NCBI GenBank assembly: GCA_051294375.1
Contig: CM119265.1
Location: forward strand, 5,438,556-5,502,555
Source of the DNA: Paraspadella gotoi
Lineage: Eukaryota > Animalia > Chaetognatha
DNA length: 64,000 nt
Direction: 5' to 3'
Below the pieces are notes generated by a model that was not told the DNA's origin, did no database searches, and was given only the letters and a program-made list of their open reading frames with translations. The position numbers and the translations under genes are program-made. Positions 35,601 through 49,500 of the stretch are shown piece by piece (the stretch's first letter is position 1; every line of letters starts with the position of its first letter).

Positions 35601-38600
35601 AAAAAAAAATGGTATACGAACGAACCTTTTACAATAATTTAAACAATTACATCTCAATATATTGGTTGTACCAATTTCATAAAGTTAATAAATTTTCACT
35701 CTCTAATCTTCAATGAACTGGTGCCCCGACCCACATTCTTATCCCCTTGTCAAAAGTCCTCGACCTTTCACCGAGGCCCCCTTCGCCGCGCGCAAACCGA
35801 AGGAGAGTTGCAGCGTCCCTCGGCACCGGTTTTGACGCGAGAGGCCTTCCGAGGACGCCGTCGTCGACATGCTCGATCCGAGCATCGCTTCGAAGGTTTG
35901 TTAGTTTAGGGATCGGGAAGGTAGGAGGTTTAATTTTAATTTTAAAAATTAAATTTTCGATCATTTTTTTTTTTATCAAATTTAAATATGATTAAACATT
36001 GCACACATTCCGGTTTTAAAAACTCGTTAACCTTGATCAGTGATCACGTTGGTATTTAGTTTTTTTGATCTTCTCTATTATATTATATATTATATATATT
36101 ATATATTATATTATATTATATATTATATTTATAACATGATACGCGAGAATCATGTAAACCTAATCGCAAAATTCTTTCCTCCCCAAACTTTTTTTAGACT
36201 CTTTGGAAGAGTCTCCCAACTTCGGTCGAAACTCAACATCCTCAGACGCATCTGCGGAAAGCGCCGTCGAATTCGGCTGCGAGAGCGCCGACCAATTCGG
36301 CGCCGTAGGGGGCAACGCCGCCACCTTCTTCATCAGCAGCAGTCGCGAAAGGGTGAGGGAGAAATTGGCAAAGATTGTAACTGGCTCGTTTAGATAATCA
36401 AAGGAAACTCGGAGGTTAAGGAGAGAAAACACCAAAACCATAAAATAAAAAATCTTAAAAGAATAGGATCGAGCCTACCTTCAATGATAATAAAATATTG
36501 ATGCGATGATAACCAATAATTGATGCGATGATAACCAAATGATCGATGTGATGATAACCAAATAATTGATGACGACGACGACGACGACGACGACGTCACA
36601 AAGAAGCTGACCCGAATCAATATCGAGCCTGAACCGGCTTCGCCGGTAGGCTCGATAAAAAGATTAAATCTTTTTTCTGACTCACAGATGGACTTCGACG
36701 ACGACGACGACGACGATGGCGACTACTCTGCGAGCGACGACGAAGACCTCGACGCCCTCGATACGCAAGTGTGCGAATACAACGACGACGTCGAGCGCCT
36801 GCTGAGAGACTATGAGGAGAGCCTCAACTGCCCCGCCTGCAGCGAAGTCAGCAGAACCGCGTCCAGTGTGAGAGAGGCGCCGGACAGCGTCATTAAACGT
36901 GAGCGAACTCGATTAATTCGTATAATCTGGTACCGTGTGTCTTTTGTTTTTCTAATGAGCTTCGCTAACCGACCGTGTTAAACGAACGAGCAAAAGGAAG
37001 AACAATCTTAAAATATATATATATATATATATATTATATAGTAAATAAATATAAGTATATAAAAAATTATGAAAAATCTTAACCTTGATTCTATTTCATG
37101 AAGACAAAAAGGGAAATCACGAAAAGATAAGAAAAAAAATGAATTGAACAAAGTGTCTCAAATATATTAGAATTTACCAATTGTGAGTAAAGAACGATCT
37201 AAAATATAACATTTACAATTTAAAGTTACGGTAATCGGCGTTTCAGTAAATAACTATAACTTCGCATATATTCGTTAATTTCCCTTCATCGGACGCGCGG
37301 GCATTCCTGTCTGTTGCGAAAAAAGATCGTAAATATTCATTATTTTTTTTTTCAGATGGCAAAATTACGAATTTAATAAGCTAATATGTATAGTTTTCAT
37401 ATTCGTACTTTTTTATTACTAAAATTTGCTGCCCACAATAACGACTCCTGAACTTACCGTCAACCTGACCTCTATCATTCACCAAAAAAGACATACATTA
37501 TATAAATAGGGTTACTGAACTCATTTATCCAAACCAAGTGATAAATGTCTCACTCGTTTCTGATATTCAAAGCCAAAGCCAGCCTCATGCTAAACAATGT
37601 TTTTTTTTCTCGCAATAACTAATGCGAGGAAATTATTTATTGCTCGGTTTGCCTTCGCCGTAGATTTTCTTTCTAAAATTTAGGACTTAGGTCAATTTAG
37701 TTCAGGTGATTTGTTTACTAACTCTTTTTTTTCGCGGTCACCCGTGCGGTTGGTGGTTATCGGATATTCGTAGTAGTTTTCTGAACACAAAACCACCTCT
37801 CCGATCGCCACCAATTACCGAATCGATCATTCTTTCTCTCTTTCCGAACTTCGCGAACTTTGGCTTCGACCGAATCAAAGAACTTTTCGAATTTTTCGAC
37901 TTTTTTTTGTTTCATTTTTCCCTTTTTCTTTTCCATTTTTTTTTAACGTTCGGCGCTTTAGGGTTGAGAATTCGCACGGGATTTAAAGTCGAACGAATGC
38001 ATAATACCTACCACATTTACATTTATTCAGCTAATCTGATTTTATTTATTCGATCGCGGCACAAACGCGTCATCGCTATTTTCCCCGCATTTTCAGTTCG
38101 AGTCTGCTTGAGTTCATTCCGACCTCACATTTGAAATTTAAAAGATATTATTCTCTTTCATCTAGTAAACAAAGCTCTATTTTATATACGTATCTTTTAA
38201 CCCTACGCTGACTACAAATTAACAACTTATCAACTTATACACAAAATTTGGTAATCTACAACTACATACTACATTCTATTTTACCTCACGTCGATTTGCT
38301 TTCGCAATATTTTTTTTTTCATTTTTAAAAAATTCAGGTCTTTAGCGCTCGCCCAAAAATAAAGCTACTGTTCCTATTCTGATTTGAATCTTTAGTTAAC
38401 TTTACAATGATAGTGAATCGAATTGGTCGTAACCACAGAAGAAAAAAAAAACGCGAAAGGAAAAATTTTTTTTAATGTGCAAAATTCAATTTCACCGAAG
38501 ATCGATATTATTGACAAAAGAATGAAATAAAACATTCCTTTTTCAGAATCTTCATTTGAAATTAAATAATAATTAAAATTCTTTACCTTTGCACGAAAGT

Positions 38601-39126
38601 GATATTTTAAATTACCCCCTTCGTCTCGACTGCTCGTAATTAGTCCTATCCAATTATCTTTCATGTTCCTTATTTATCTTCTAACCTATTAAGTGTCTCG
38701 CCAGGTCGTGGATATTCGGTTTATCGGAGGCTTCGTCCCCGTCACGTCGCTTTCAAACGTCGTCTTTATCGTCGTCGTCCATATCGTCTCTCTTTTTACC
38801 GTTGTTTACTATCCCGGTTAAAAAAAAATCAACGATCGTTGATCAAACTCTCAACGTCAAAACTTCTCCCTTAGTCTTAACCGTTAATTGCACGCAAAGT
38901 AGTCCCTTTCATCGCGATGTCGAATATTCAAGCTTAGAACCTCGCGCGTACCAGTCAATCGCCAATCAACGGGATATCGCTAACCAATCAAGAGACTTCT
39001 TTCCTCTTAGCCCTCTTTATTTTTTCTCATGCTCTTGAAAAGTTTCGATTTCGTCTTTAAAAATTTCATCGCAGCCAAAATTTCTTTTTTCAAATTTTTG
39101 TATCGATCGAATGAATAATTCATTTC

Positions 39127-39221
<95 letters not shown>

Positions 39222-42200
39222 TCTTCTCTTTTCTCACACACGTCTTTTCACGACAAAGGTTATACGCTTCTTCTCTTTATAGATCTTCGCATGAAACACC
39301 AGTCCGTATTGTACCCATCCTACTATTTTTAACAACTCGCCTTGTCGATTGATTTTGATAAATAAAAAAAAATAATTACTTAAATCACATAATTAAACCG
39401 AAAAAAATAATAAAGAAGTTTGGCGCCCGCGATAAAAAAAAAACATCACGCGCGATCGTCGTGTTCGTAAAGTTCACTCGTTATTGGATCATGAAAGAAT
39501 TCGAGATCTCGTCTTTCGCATTTGATACTGACTTTTACATTGTAATTTATTGTCGAGAGGCCGGGTCTGTGAGACGGGGGGGAAAAAAGGGGGCGGGGAT
39601 ATGGCGACGAAGTCGGAGATGAATTGAGATAAGAAGGGAGAGGCGGGAAGTGAAAAAGTGAAAGCACAAAGGGAAAAAAAAAAACTGAATCAAAAACGAT
39701 TATTCTCCGATCGCCGGGTCGCCATGCCGATTCAACGTCAAGGAGAAATTTCGCTTCTTTTTCACATTTCTTTCGCAATTATAATTGATGAAAGGGCGTG
39801 AAACGGAACTTCGCTCTTTTTTACTTAAACAACATTTTGACGCCATATCTAATCAAATATCAACGAAATTACATAAAATAAAATTACATTAAACATTAAA
39901 GTCCTTTTGCGCGTTCAGATTAAAATTTGACAGCGCTCTCGGATGACGCCGCTCAAATCGGCGTCCTCGTGAGCGTTGCCGTAACCATGACGACCCCGAG
40001 ACTCGAGCCGCGTCTCGCGGTCGGAACTTTGGCCAGTTACGTCCGGTCGGTGAGCGACGCCAACGCAACGAGTTACATCCGGGGCGTGACGACCGTTTTG
40101 TCGATTTTTTTAGCGTTGGAATTGGCGGCGGAGAGGAAGAAGATCGATCCGGGATTCTCGTTTCTTTCGTTGCCGCTGATTCCGTTGGAGGTCGTCGCTG
40201 GAATCACCAAGAGGTAAGAATGCGCTCTCACTCTCTCTCGCTCTTTCTCTCTCTCTCTCTATTCTATCTCTCTCTCACTCTGGCAATTCTTTCAAATGAG
40301 GTCAGATCGAAAAGAACTTAATAATGTTTCTTCTTGATTTGTTATTTAAGCTGATCTTCGTCTTTGGGCCGAATTTGATCCCAAGATCGATGAAAGATTT
40401 TTCTTGCCTGCCAATCCACCCATATTTTTTAGAACATCTTCACATGATAAAGCGATCAAATTTCTATTCAAAAATCCAGAAGGCTGAGATTTGTGTAAAG
40501 AAAAAATAAGAAATATTTTTTCCAAAACTAAGTATAAGACAATTAAGACATTTTCGGTTTACTCTAATATACAGGGTTTACTCGTGGATTCCTCGCGAGG
40601 TCTCTGCTTCCATCTCTCACGGATTTTCCTCGGCCGGCACCATGTTCCTCACGAGGGTCAGTGAAGATCCCGATGTTCACCCGACAGCCAGGTGAGAATC
40701 GAGTTTGCCAAAGCAATTCGTTTCGGAATTATAATTAGCTGAACCTTTTTTGTGCATTAACCTTGCGCATTTGTTACGCTATTTCGAAATCATAAACTGG
40801 AAGGTTGAGCGGATTGATAGCGAAAAATGAGTATAATTTCGTCAATGGTAATGATTTTGCTTGCCTCGCTTTTTTTTTTTTGTTCCTGCTACCATGGATT
40901 ATTTTTAAAGATCACTGAGACAAGCTTTGTCACTGACCGTGCATAAACCAGACGAGGGTGACCCAGGAGAATTGGAGCAAGCTGCAGATGTCAGGTTGAT
41001 GCTTTCACAACAACAACAACAACAACAACCGAGCGAGTCGCTTAGCTAATCGACATAAACAAATCAAATCGCGATTACGGTAATAATCGTTAAAGGGTTA
41101 ATTTTCGCATCACCCAAGCCTCAGTGATTGTGATTCTTAAGCGGCTAAACAAATCACACGATCTTTGTCATAAAATTCATCTCCTCTTTACCGCACCTAT
41201 TCACAAAGTCTTTTTAATCAAGCTCGGTGAACAGTTTGAAAATTTGTTCAAACCTTCAGCTTAATTATTTAATTAATCAATTTGGTCTTGGCTTGTCACT
41301 TTAAAAGTCTGGAGATGCAATTTCTTTTTAAACTTATATATAAAGAAAAAATAGCCATAATTTGCACATTTTTCAACTACAAACTACTAAATTATCCTTC
41401 ATTTTCTTATGCAATTAAAACTTTACTTTTTGCCCAATAACCTACCCGCAACCCACTTTCCCGCTCCCATCGAAACATGCTCATCAGACTTTCCGCCAGG
41501 ATGGCGCTTCGAGGACTCACTTCTCTCTCCCGATTCTCCGGCGTCCCTCAACCTACCACGCCCTCACCACACCCACCCTCAACATCCACCCCCGACTCTC
41601 CCCCTTCCGTCGCCATCCTCGAGCGCATCCTCTCGAAAGAGCCCGTCCCCAGTCTCCGCGAGCGACCGGAAGGCGCCTCCGTCGACAATCTGGCCGAAGG
41701 GTTCGTCGCCAGTCCGTCCTTCAGCCTGCGTTCCTCCAAAAGCTCTTCCTCGGCCTCCTCCTCCTCAAAACGGAAGCTTAACAAGCGGGAGGAGATCCTC
41801 CTGGCGGCCTTCCCCACGCCCTCGACCTCGAGAAGCTCGTCACGGTGTAGCCTGTTCTCGGCGGAAGAAGAAGTGGACGATTCCGCCGTCGTGGAAACGC
41901 TGGCGGCGACGAAAGACCTGCCCGTCGATCGAGCGCAGTCATTTTCCGATGTGGAAGCGCCCGATTCGAGCCTCAACGGCGGCTCAAGCTTCGGCGACGA
42001 GGAATTCATAGAGGGACTTCGTTTGCAGCTCAGCGTCGAGCTCGTCAAGCTGAGCGACTGCGCTGACGCATCGAGCGTCGACGACGACGTCGACGATTTC
42101 CTCCAGCTGCGTAGAGTTAACGACCTCGTCGATAACATCAGCACCTACTACTACGTCTTGACGCAGTTAGAGTCGGACTCCGGAACTTGTCAATCGCCAG

Positions 42201-43108
42201 GGACCTCGTTGGACGCCTCCAAGACGGAGACATTCGGCACACCTTCTTCCGAAGGGTTCTTCGCCTCTACGCCTTCCGACCGGGAACCTCGCCTACCCCT
42301 CGACGCCCGTCTCCGGGATCTCCATCAAGACACCGTCTATAGCGATGCAAGTTCCGTTAACGGCGCCACTGGGTGCCAAGATAACGCGCCCGAACGCAAA
42401 TCGCGTCGGCGCCGCGCCAGCTTCGCAAGTCTGACAAGTCTGGGTCTGGACTGGGATTACTACGCACCGAATCGCTACTCGGACCTCGAAGACGAGACCA
42501 TCGAGTCGCGGCGTCCGTTTTTCATTGACGACGACGAGTTCGAGGCTATGCTGCCGCAAAGTCCACAAGAAGCGGAGCGGACGGACAGGATGGTAGCCAA
42601 CTCTCTCTTTGACCACCGTTTTGACGAGTCTATCGGACCCACTTATCCACAATTCGGCTCTTTCTTCAACTCGGCTCCGTTTTCTCGGCAATATCCCGAA
42701 ACTCCGGAAATCGTTCGTCGCATTATCGAAGCTCCGACTCCCAAGATTCGGCGTCGGTCTCCGGCGACGCCGTCGGTTCAGCCTCTGTCACTGCCTTCAC
42801 CCCAAGCTCCGCCCGATGGAATCAGCGGCGTTTTCAAGTCCCACAGCGCCCCTATGATGAGGGCGGCGTCCCAATTGTCGCCCGGTTCCACGCCGACGGA
42901 GAGTGTCGCCTCGTCCTTCAAGGAATCCCTCGGATCGTTGTCCACGACTTCGTCGTCATCGGCCTCTAAGAAAAATCGGGTCAAGCGACGAGGGATTCGG
43001 AAAACTTTGGCCGGGATTCCGGGAACGAGACCGTTGTCGGCAAAGACGACTTCCAATGGATCAGCTGAAGGATCGAGCGGTGTCAAACAATTTTTCAAAA
43101 GGTTTTGA
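22474..43108 (+). CDS. PNPLA2: Patatin-like phospholipase (PNPLA2/ATGL/brummer-like) with a long Ser/acidic C-terminal extension
   Basis: [15 protein letters not shown] and GASAG (22474-22636); 22713-22814; exon 3 [11 protein letters not shown]...DDLIQ (26159-26289, duplicate 28374-28504); [22 protein letters not shown] (34520-34585); [12 protein letters not shown]...[11 protein letters not shown] (34690-34848); [11 protein letters not shown]...[12 protein letters not shown] (35143-35251). Further exons at ~35381, ~35720, 36198, 36688, 39934 ([12 protein letters not shown]) and 40574 (VYSWIP). Terminal exon 41488-43108 is the 543-aa ORF, joined in phase 2. Confidence 0.85.
22942..23013 (-). 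tRNA. tRNA-Cys(GCA), antisense in PNPLA intron 2
   Basis: GGGAGCATAGCTCAGCGGCAGAGCATTCGACTGCAGATCGAGAGGTCCTCGGTTCAATTCCGGGTGCTCCCT; full cloverleaf, U73. Confidence 0.92.
23590..24015. other. C/A-rich low-complexity stretch, likely low-quality consensus
   Basis: Aperiodic poly-C/CA just upstream of the second duplication. Confidence 0.6.
24181..28504. repeat. Tandem duplication of ~2.1-2.2 kb containing PNPLA exon 3 (24181-26290 / 26291-28504)
   Basis: Both copies begin CGATCTCTTGCGTGATCGT and end ...GATGACCTCATCCAG. Copy 2 is rich in small insertions. An N gap follows at ~28724. Confidence 0.9.
29047..30841 (-). CDS. JmjC-domain (cupin-8-type) 2-oxoglutarate/Fe(II) oxygenase, nested antisense in PNPLA intron 3
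   Basis: Exons [17 protein letters not shown]; WVYIEDEHF...EDLFDRF; [22 protein letters not shown]...WGRKRWKL; [16 protein letters not shown]; [11 protein letters not shown]. HxD...H triad intact. Start uncertain (30841, or 30457 with a signal-like [12 protein letters not shown]). Confidence 0.85.
31385..31456 (-). tRNA. tRNA-Cys(GCA)
   Basis: Cloverleaf with anticodon loop CTGCAGA and T-arm TCCGG-TTCAAAT-CCGGA. Confidence 0.93.
31559..31630 (-). tRNA. tRNA-Cys(GCA)
   Basis: Cloverleaf, anticodon GCA. Confidence 0.93.
31749..31820 (-). tRNA. tRNA-Cys(GCA)
   Basis: Cloverleaf, anticodon GCA, acceptor stem GGGAGTA/TGCTCCC. Confidence 0.93.
31976..32047 (-). tRNA. tRNA-Cys(GCA)
   Basis: Cloverleaf, anticodon GCA, acceptor stem GGGAACA/TGTTCCC. 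Confidence 0.93.
32188..33963 (-). CDS. Secreted or GPI-type folate-receptor / riboflavin-binding-protein family domain protein, nested antisense in PNPLA intron 3
   Basis: Signal peptide [20 protein letters not shown]; NPCTYF...PEPQSNL..CTW|YSSNACCRR...[20 protein letters not shown]|...[14 protein letters not shown]...EFCEAQNF|...LCFAFD; hydrophobic end. Cys pattern typical of Folate_rec. One apparent indel in exon 2. Confidence 0.75.
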
Positions 43109-43571
43109 AAACCATGCCAAAGTTACAGTCGCTTTTTTCTCTCCTCAATAACTAAATTATTAATTGCTATTAATTATTGATTATAAATTATTAATTAAAT
43201 ATTTTTATGAGCATAAATTGGCCTGTGATTAGCTGATTGTTTCCCTCTAGAATCTTATTTATTATGCAATGAAAATGCAATTAAATTCTTTACAGTTTTT
43301 TGAGGTGTTAAAGGGAAACCAAATGTTACTGAAATGTCTTTATGATCAAAAAAATTTAATCATGTTTGAATGTGAAAATTTGCGATCAATATAATTGTCA
43401 ATAGTACTAAAATTGGTCTTTGAATGATTTTTTTCTTTATCCTCGGATAAAATGAAAAAGATCTTTTAGAAAATCATGTTTATTTCTACAGTTAAGCATA
43501 GCTAAATTTACTATATCGTTTAATTAGTGACAGTGATGACTAAAGAAATCACATTTAAATCTCAGATTCTA

Positions 43572-46500
43572 TTACACAAACGAGGTTCCCTCTAGCCCTT
43601 CGCGCCCCCATTGGCCGCCACCAGCGTCGACGCCCTGTTCGGGGCTTGCGCGGTCTCCACCGCGATCTCTATTTCCCCTTCCAGCCCTGAGACGACCCCC
43701 CGATTTGGATCGATCCGTGGGGCCATCGGGAGTACTCCGAGCCCCGACGGCGCGACGCCGCGGCTGCGACGATTCGTCTGTGCCGGCGTGAGTGGCGCGT
43801 TGCCTCGCCTGCAACCGAGGAGAGCGTCTCTGGTTCTTGTTGGCCTGCTCTTCGTGCTCGTAAACTTTGCGGACGATGTCCGTCGGAAGTTTGTTGTCTC
43901 TCAGCGTCAACATGTTCTTGGCGCCGGCAGTGTCGCGGCGTTGGAGGATCTGAGGAGAATTTTTAAATATTCGGCGTTATTAAAAATCTGGAGATGATGC
44001 GTTGGAATTTACAGGTTAATTATAATTTATATGCAAAACTGTCTTTCCAAATTTATATGCAAAAAAATTACTATTAATATTTTTAAACAATTTGCAAACG
44101 AAACGGATAACATTTTCTCAGGGATAACTTTTAACCTTGTGTTGTATAGATGCTCACTCTATTTCCAGAAGACAACTATACTTTATATAAAGAATATAAT
44201 TAAATCTAATATATAGTGAAATAAATTAAATTTTTTTAATTTATTTTTAAATTTTAATAAAAAAAAATTAAAGTCTAATAGTAAAACAGGTAATCTTGCA
44301 ATTTTTCAAAATATTAAAGGATTGTCAACAAGATATGTAAGAAACTCTTTTCCAAAAATTCAGTCGTCCCAAAACTTCTCCCTTCCTCAAACCTTGACTT
44401 CCTGCCTCGCCAATTTGGACATCCTCTTCTTGACGGCGGCCTCGTGTTCGACAGTGACGACACCCTCTTTTGGCGGCGGCGGATGCGTAATTCCGTGCAT
44501 CGACGCCTCGAAGGCGATCGAGGGCGTCGCGGACGTCTCCCCGATGAGTTTCAACGCGCACATGCGACAGGGTTCGCTCAGCATCCCCACCCGCAGTCCC
44601 GTTAGCAGCAGCATGAAGCTGGAAAAAGAAAGTGGGTTCTGTTCTTGTAACAGGAGTTGTTAGCAACTCAAAACGGAGGGAAAATGTCGTAAACAATTAA
44701 CGAAGTAATGAATGGGGCAATGAGTTATCCTAACCTGCCGAGGATATGCCACATGGAGTGACTGTCGTAGTAGTTCAATACCAAACACTCCCGGTTTATG
44801 TCCCGGGAGTCGGCGACGTCGAGGCCAGCCAAGTATACCTGCACCAGCGGAAGATTTTCATACGATCTGATTCTATTGATTGTTAATTAGCCAACCTGCT
44901 GAAACGAGAACAAATAAAGGGCCGGGACTGCGAAAGCCACCACCATTCCGTACCAAATGACCACGGCAGCTATGATCCCGCCTTTCGTTTTGTCTTTGCG
45001 TCGAACCTCGAATTGGCGGAAGTGGAATACTTCGCCCACCATCAAGGCCATTCCGCCGATGCTGCGGAAAATGGCGGAGGGATCGTAATGTGTTCTTTTG
45101 TTCGCTCTTTTTATAAAAATGTTATTTCTAGTTTGTTTTTTTTATCTACGGATGACGTAAAGATTGTTAATATCTTAATGCCTTAATGTTTGAATGTCTT
45201 TTGTTTTGCCTCTCAGTTAAACAATCAATAACTTTTTATACTTTTTTTATATTTTTTGAATTGAATGGCAGTAAATTTTTCTGTTCTATTTTTATACCAT
45301 TTAAGTAAGTAGAAAGGGATTTCAACATGAAACCAAAGTGGAATTTATTTAGAATGGACAGAATGGATCAGTACAAAAATGGTCAGGTAATTTAATAAGT
45401 AATTTTATTTGATTCATGACATATTTTTTTTAAAGTAATAATTAAAAAAATAAACTAAATCACCTGAAGCAAAAGTTGAGAAACGTGACGGACATGTCGG
45501 AGTTCCTCACAAAGGCAAGGATAAAGTAGGCGATGATTCCAAGACAGTAGACGACGTAGAGAACGCGGAGAAAGTTGAGACATCCCCGGGTGAGGGTGCG
45601 GGTTCCCGCGGCGTGTTGACCCTCCACCGCCATCAGCATCTGAAGGAGGGATGGTAGGAGTATAGCCCCGTATATGTATGGGTAGCGGAATAGAAGGGAA
45701 TGTGGGGAAGAAGGGAGAAAACTTTACAAACACAAATTGTTTATTTTCAGTTCACTATTTTTATTATTATTGTATTATTATTATTAATAGTACTAACATT
45801 ATCATTTTTAATAACCAATATTATAATTTAATCATTCATAATTTCGTCAACTAGCTCGCACCTGATGAGACGCCTCGGCGCGCATTCTGGACATAGAAGG
45901 ATCTTTCGACACTCCCGACCCCGCCTCAAAACGAATTCAAATAAAGATCGTCGAAATTCGATCGTTATTGAAAATTTCAAAGACAACATTAAAAAAAGGT
46001 TTCACCTTGGTCAAAGACTTGTTGGTGGATCTGTTCAAACTTCTCCTCAAATTTCTAAACTGACTCGTCCGCACGCGGGAGGCGCACCTCTCGTTGTTCC
46101 ACGAGAGGTTCCCCTCGTGATCGGGCGACCTCGCCGTCCCGGCCCACGATCGACGTCGTCGACGACGACGACTCGGCCGCTCCTCATCCTCCCGACCCCA
46201 TCGTCTTCGCTCCTCTTCCCCCGACCCTCCCCGCCTCCGTTCTACATTCGTCCTTTCCCACCTCGCTCCCTCCAATTCTCGCTCCTCTTCCGCCCTCGGC
46301 CCTCTCCGCTCCTGTCGAGCCAACTCTTCCTCCTCTTGACTCCACGAGAGGTTGGGCAGCTCCTCTCGACTCATGGATTCGATTCTCTGCCTCAGATTTC
46401 CTTCGTCAGCCTCTTTTTCTTCCTCCGGTCTTTTATCGGCGGCGGCGTTCCAGGTTTGGCTTCTGGCGCGATTTTCGGTCTCGTCTTTAACTTCGACTTT

Positions 46501-49500
46501 AGATTCAGCCTGAAAATTGGCGGGTAAAAGAAAGGAAAATGATTAGGAAATTTAGCCAATTTAGTTATATATGGTAGTTTGTGGAATACGTTTGTGTAAC
46601 AGCAGTAAAGTGGAATTTGTTTTACACAAACAGAATTGATAAAGTTTTATTATTATTATCGATGTTTCACTAATCTCAATAATACCTTGATAATTTACAT
46701 TTAATTTAAATCCTATAAACTTCATCCTTCGTCCCACCTTCTCGACTTCCTCCCCTTTGCTGGGTTTTCGTCTAAATGCAAAGATCCCCGTCTTGAAGGC
46801 CCCTGCAAAAAGGATAAAGGCGAGCCAAAGGAAAAAGACGGCGATGTAAATACCCAGAGCCACGGGGGATAAGCCGTAGTTCTCTTTCTCCTGGGCGTTG
46901 GATTTTGCGTCGTAACCGCTTGGAGGGCGAAGGAAAAAAAGGAGGATACAATTATGTAATTAATATTAATATCTATTTACGCAAACGCTTTTGCATAAGA
47001 ACCGCATACAAAAAAACTACGACCGCCACAACGACAAAAAACAAAAGAATAAGCTAACTTTTTTTAAATAATTTTCTCTACCCTGATCTTGGCGGCCTGG
47101 CGTCTCGTAGCGACCCAATGTAGTTGAAGATTACGAGCGGCGCTAAAAAGAATAGGAAAACTTCGCCGGCTCGAATACAGTTGCGCCGTCGATTCTCCTG
47201 GCGGAAGAAATGAGAAATAAATATCATTGAAGAAACAAGAGACAACTTTGACAACAAATTAAAAAGCAAAACTTAAAGAATTATTTAAAAAAAATGGTAA
47301 AAATTGAAAAGTGAACGTTGAACGTTCGAAGCGAAAAAAAAAATGATTTGATTACGATGTCGATTCCGTGAGACTCAAGGATGAGGTCCTCGGGTCTGAT
47401 GCTCTTTCCGTGAACGACGGCGACGCAGAGAAAGACGGACATCGTGAACATGAAGGTGGAATCCAATTGGAAAACCAACTGCGTCGTGAGACAAAAAATT
47501 GGAAACAACGATAGGTATCGCCTTCTCTCGCGACAAAGCGTTAATAAACTCTTTTACATATTGTAGTTGAGAGAAGAATAATTCTCAAATAAAATAAATA
47601 ACATAAAGTATGTTCACATCTCGAATGATATACAGATGCAAAGCTGCTGCTTGTTACACTTGCATAAAAGGCAATTAAATTAAACAAATTTACAAAATAA
47701 CTTGACTGATATTGAAACATAGTAGCCTAAGCTTATATGACGACTTAAATCCTACTGTCAAAACTCGTTAAGATGCCTTCAGTACCACCAACCAAGCCTT
47801 GTCAAAAAGAACTCACCCTTCCGGGACAGATGTGATAAAAGCCGGAGAAGAGGCCGACGAAGGTGAGCGACCAGCCGATGGCGTAGCTCACCGAATAGTC
47901 GTAGTAGAAAAAGTGTTTCTGCGAGTAGCACGACGCTTCCTTCAGGGAGAAGCTAAGGATGATCAAGAGACCATGAACCATGTAGATCAAGTTGCTGCCG
48001 AGAGAAAAATGGAAAATCATTGTAGTATGGCAACAGCCGGGTCGCCTGTGAAGCCCATTGGAATGGGGCATCTCAGTGTTGGCTTTGGAGGGTCCGACAC
48101 TGGGTGACGCCTCTTGTCACTGGCGAGGTTACCCTAGGACGGTCTCGCTTTGCCAACGCAGAGGGAAGTGGATGGAACGCAACGGCTGGGATGATGCGTT
48201 CCCACTCTGAACCAATGGGATTGGCTGAACGATGATGGATGTGAGGCAGTATGAATAATTGAATATACCGACACAGTAGATTGAATGATTTGTATGATTA
48301 TCAGATTGGTTGATCGATTTACGATGTTGTTGTCTTCGCGAGAAGAATAAAAAAAAAACCCAGTCCTTTTTCTTTCTTTGTTTTATGCATTTTTTCCTAA
48401 CTTTTTAATTTCTTTGACTCTCTTTTCTTTTTTACTTTTTCATACTTTCTTCCTCTCATTCTTTCTCTTCTTATCTTCCTATCTTCCACCTGTACAAACT
48501 GTTCCAAGAAACGTCGAAGTAATGGAAAAAGACCCAGTGACATCTCTCGTTGAAGGTGCAAATGTCTCGATCTCCACTGCGGATTCCCGACTGGAACATG
48601 GAGATGGCGGCCTGGATGCAGGCGGTCCCGAAAACAACCGCGAAGAATACGGTCAGCTGCGCGAATTCTTTGTGTCCGCGCCACACGTAAAAGAACATGA
48701 GCTGAACCCAGATGATGAGCTCCTGGCACTGGTAGAGGTTGGTGGTAAGGGTGGAAAGCAATCGTTTTGGGTGTCCTCTCCTGTCCATTGCTTACATTTC
48801 GGGCGATAGACAATGTATACAAGTAAAAAAACCGATAAAGCCGATTTAGTTCGTTTAATCAATATATTTAACGTTTACAAAGAATCCCGTCAACTCCTAA
48901 AAGGGAGTATTTTCCATCAAAAACTTGTATCCGTTTCTAATATTTTAATTATTTTTTTTTCTAATTTATTTTCTTATCTTAGTTATTTATATAGAATTTT
49001 AATAGCATACTTTCATCTGAAAATTCAGGGACATTGCCAGGCCAAAGCTTTTCCACCAGTCAAATTTTAGGCCTTGCAGAGAAAGTAGAGACATTAAATT
49101 CCAACCTCAAATCCGTTGTAATCATTTCACCTTCAACGGAAATCGCTCTTGAATGAAAAAGTGAAAATAGAGGAGGAGGAGCAATCCTCCACCGAGCGTG
49201 ACGATGATCAAAAAGCCCATGGGCCACGCCTGCGCGGCAAACGAAACGTCGCGACGTCGCGTGTAGAACTTGACGCGTTTCGTCGTCGGCTTCTTCTTGT
49301 CCCACGCGACTTTGTCGTCGCCTTTGCGTTGGAAAAGCCAAAGAGCGACGTACCTTTGTTTGAGGGGAGAAGGATGAAAGAGCGATTTCACAAAAATGAA
49401 AGATATGTATTACAATATTCTTTAATTATTTAACATAAACGCAAAAAAAAAAAAAAAAAAAAAAACTTGCGTCTCACTCCCGACTCACCACTTCCCCTGG

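Noticed and set aside
38590-38790. Additional nested antisense gene in the PNPLA intron (MDDDDKDDV...)
   Set aside because: All frames hit stops quickly, and no consistent exon chain or recognisable motif was found.
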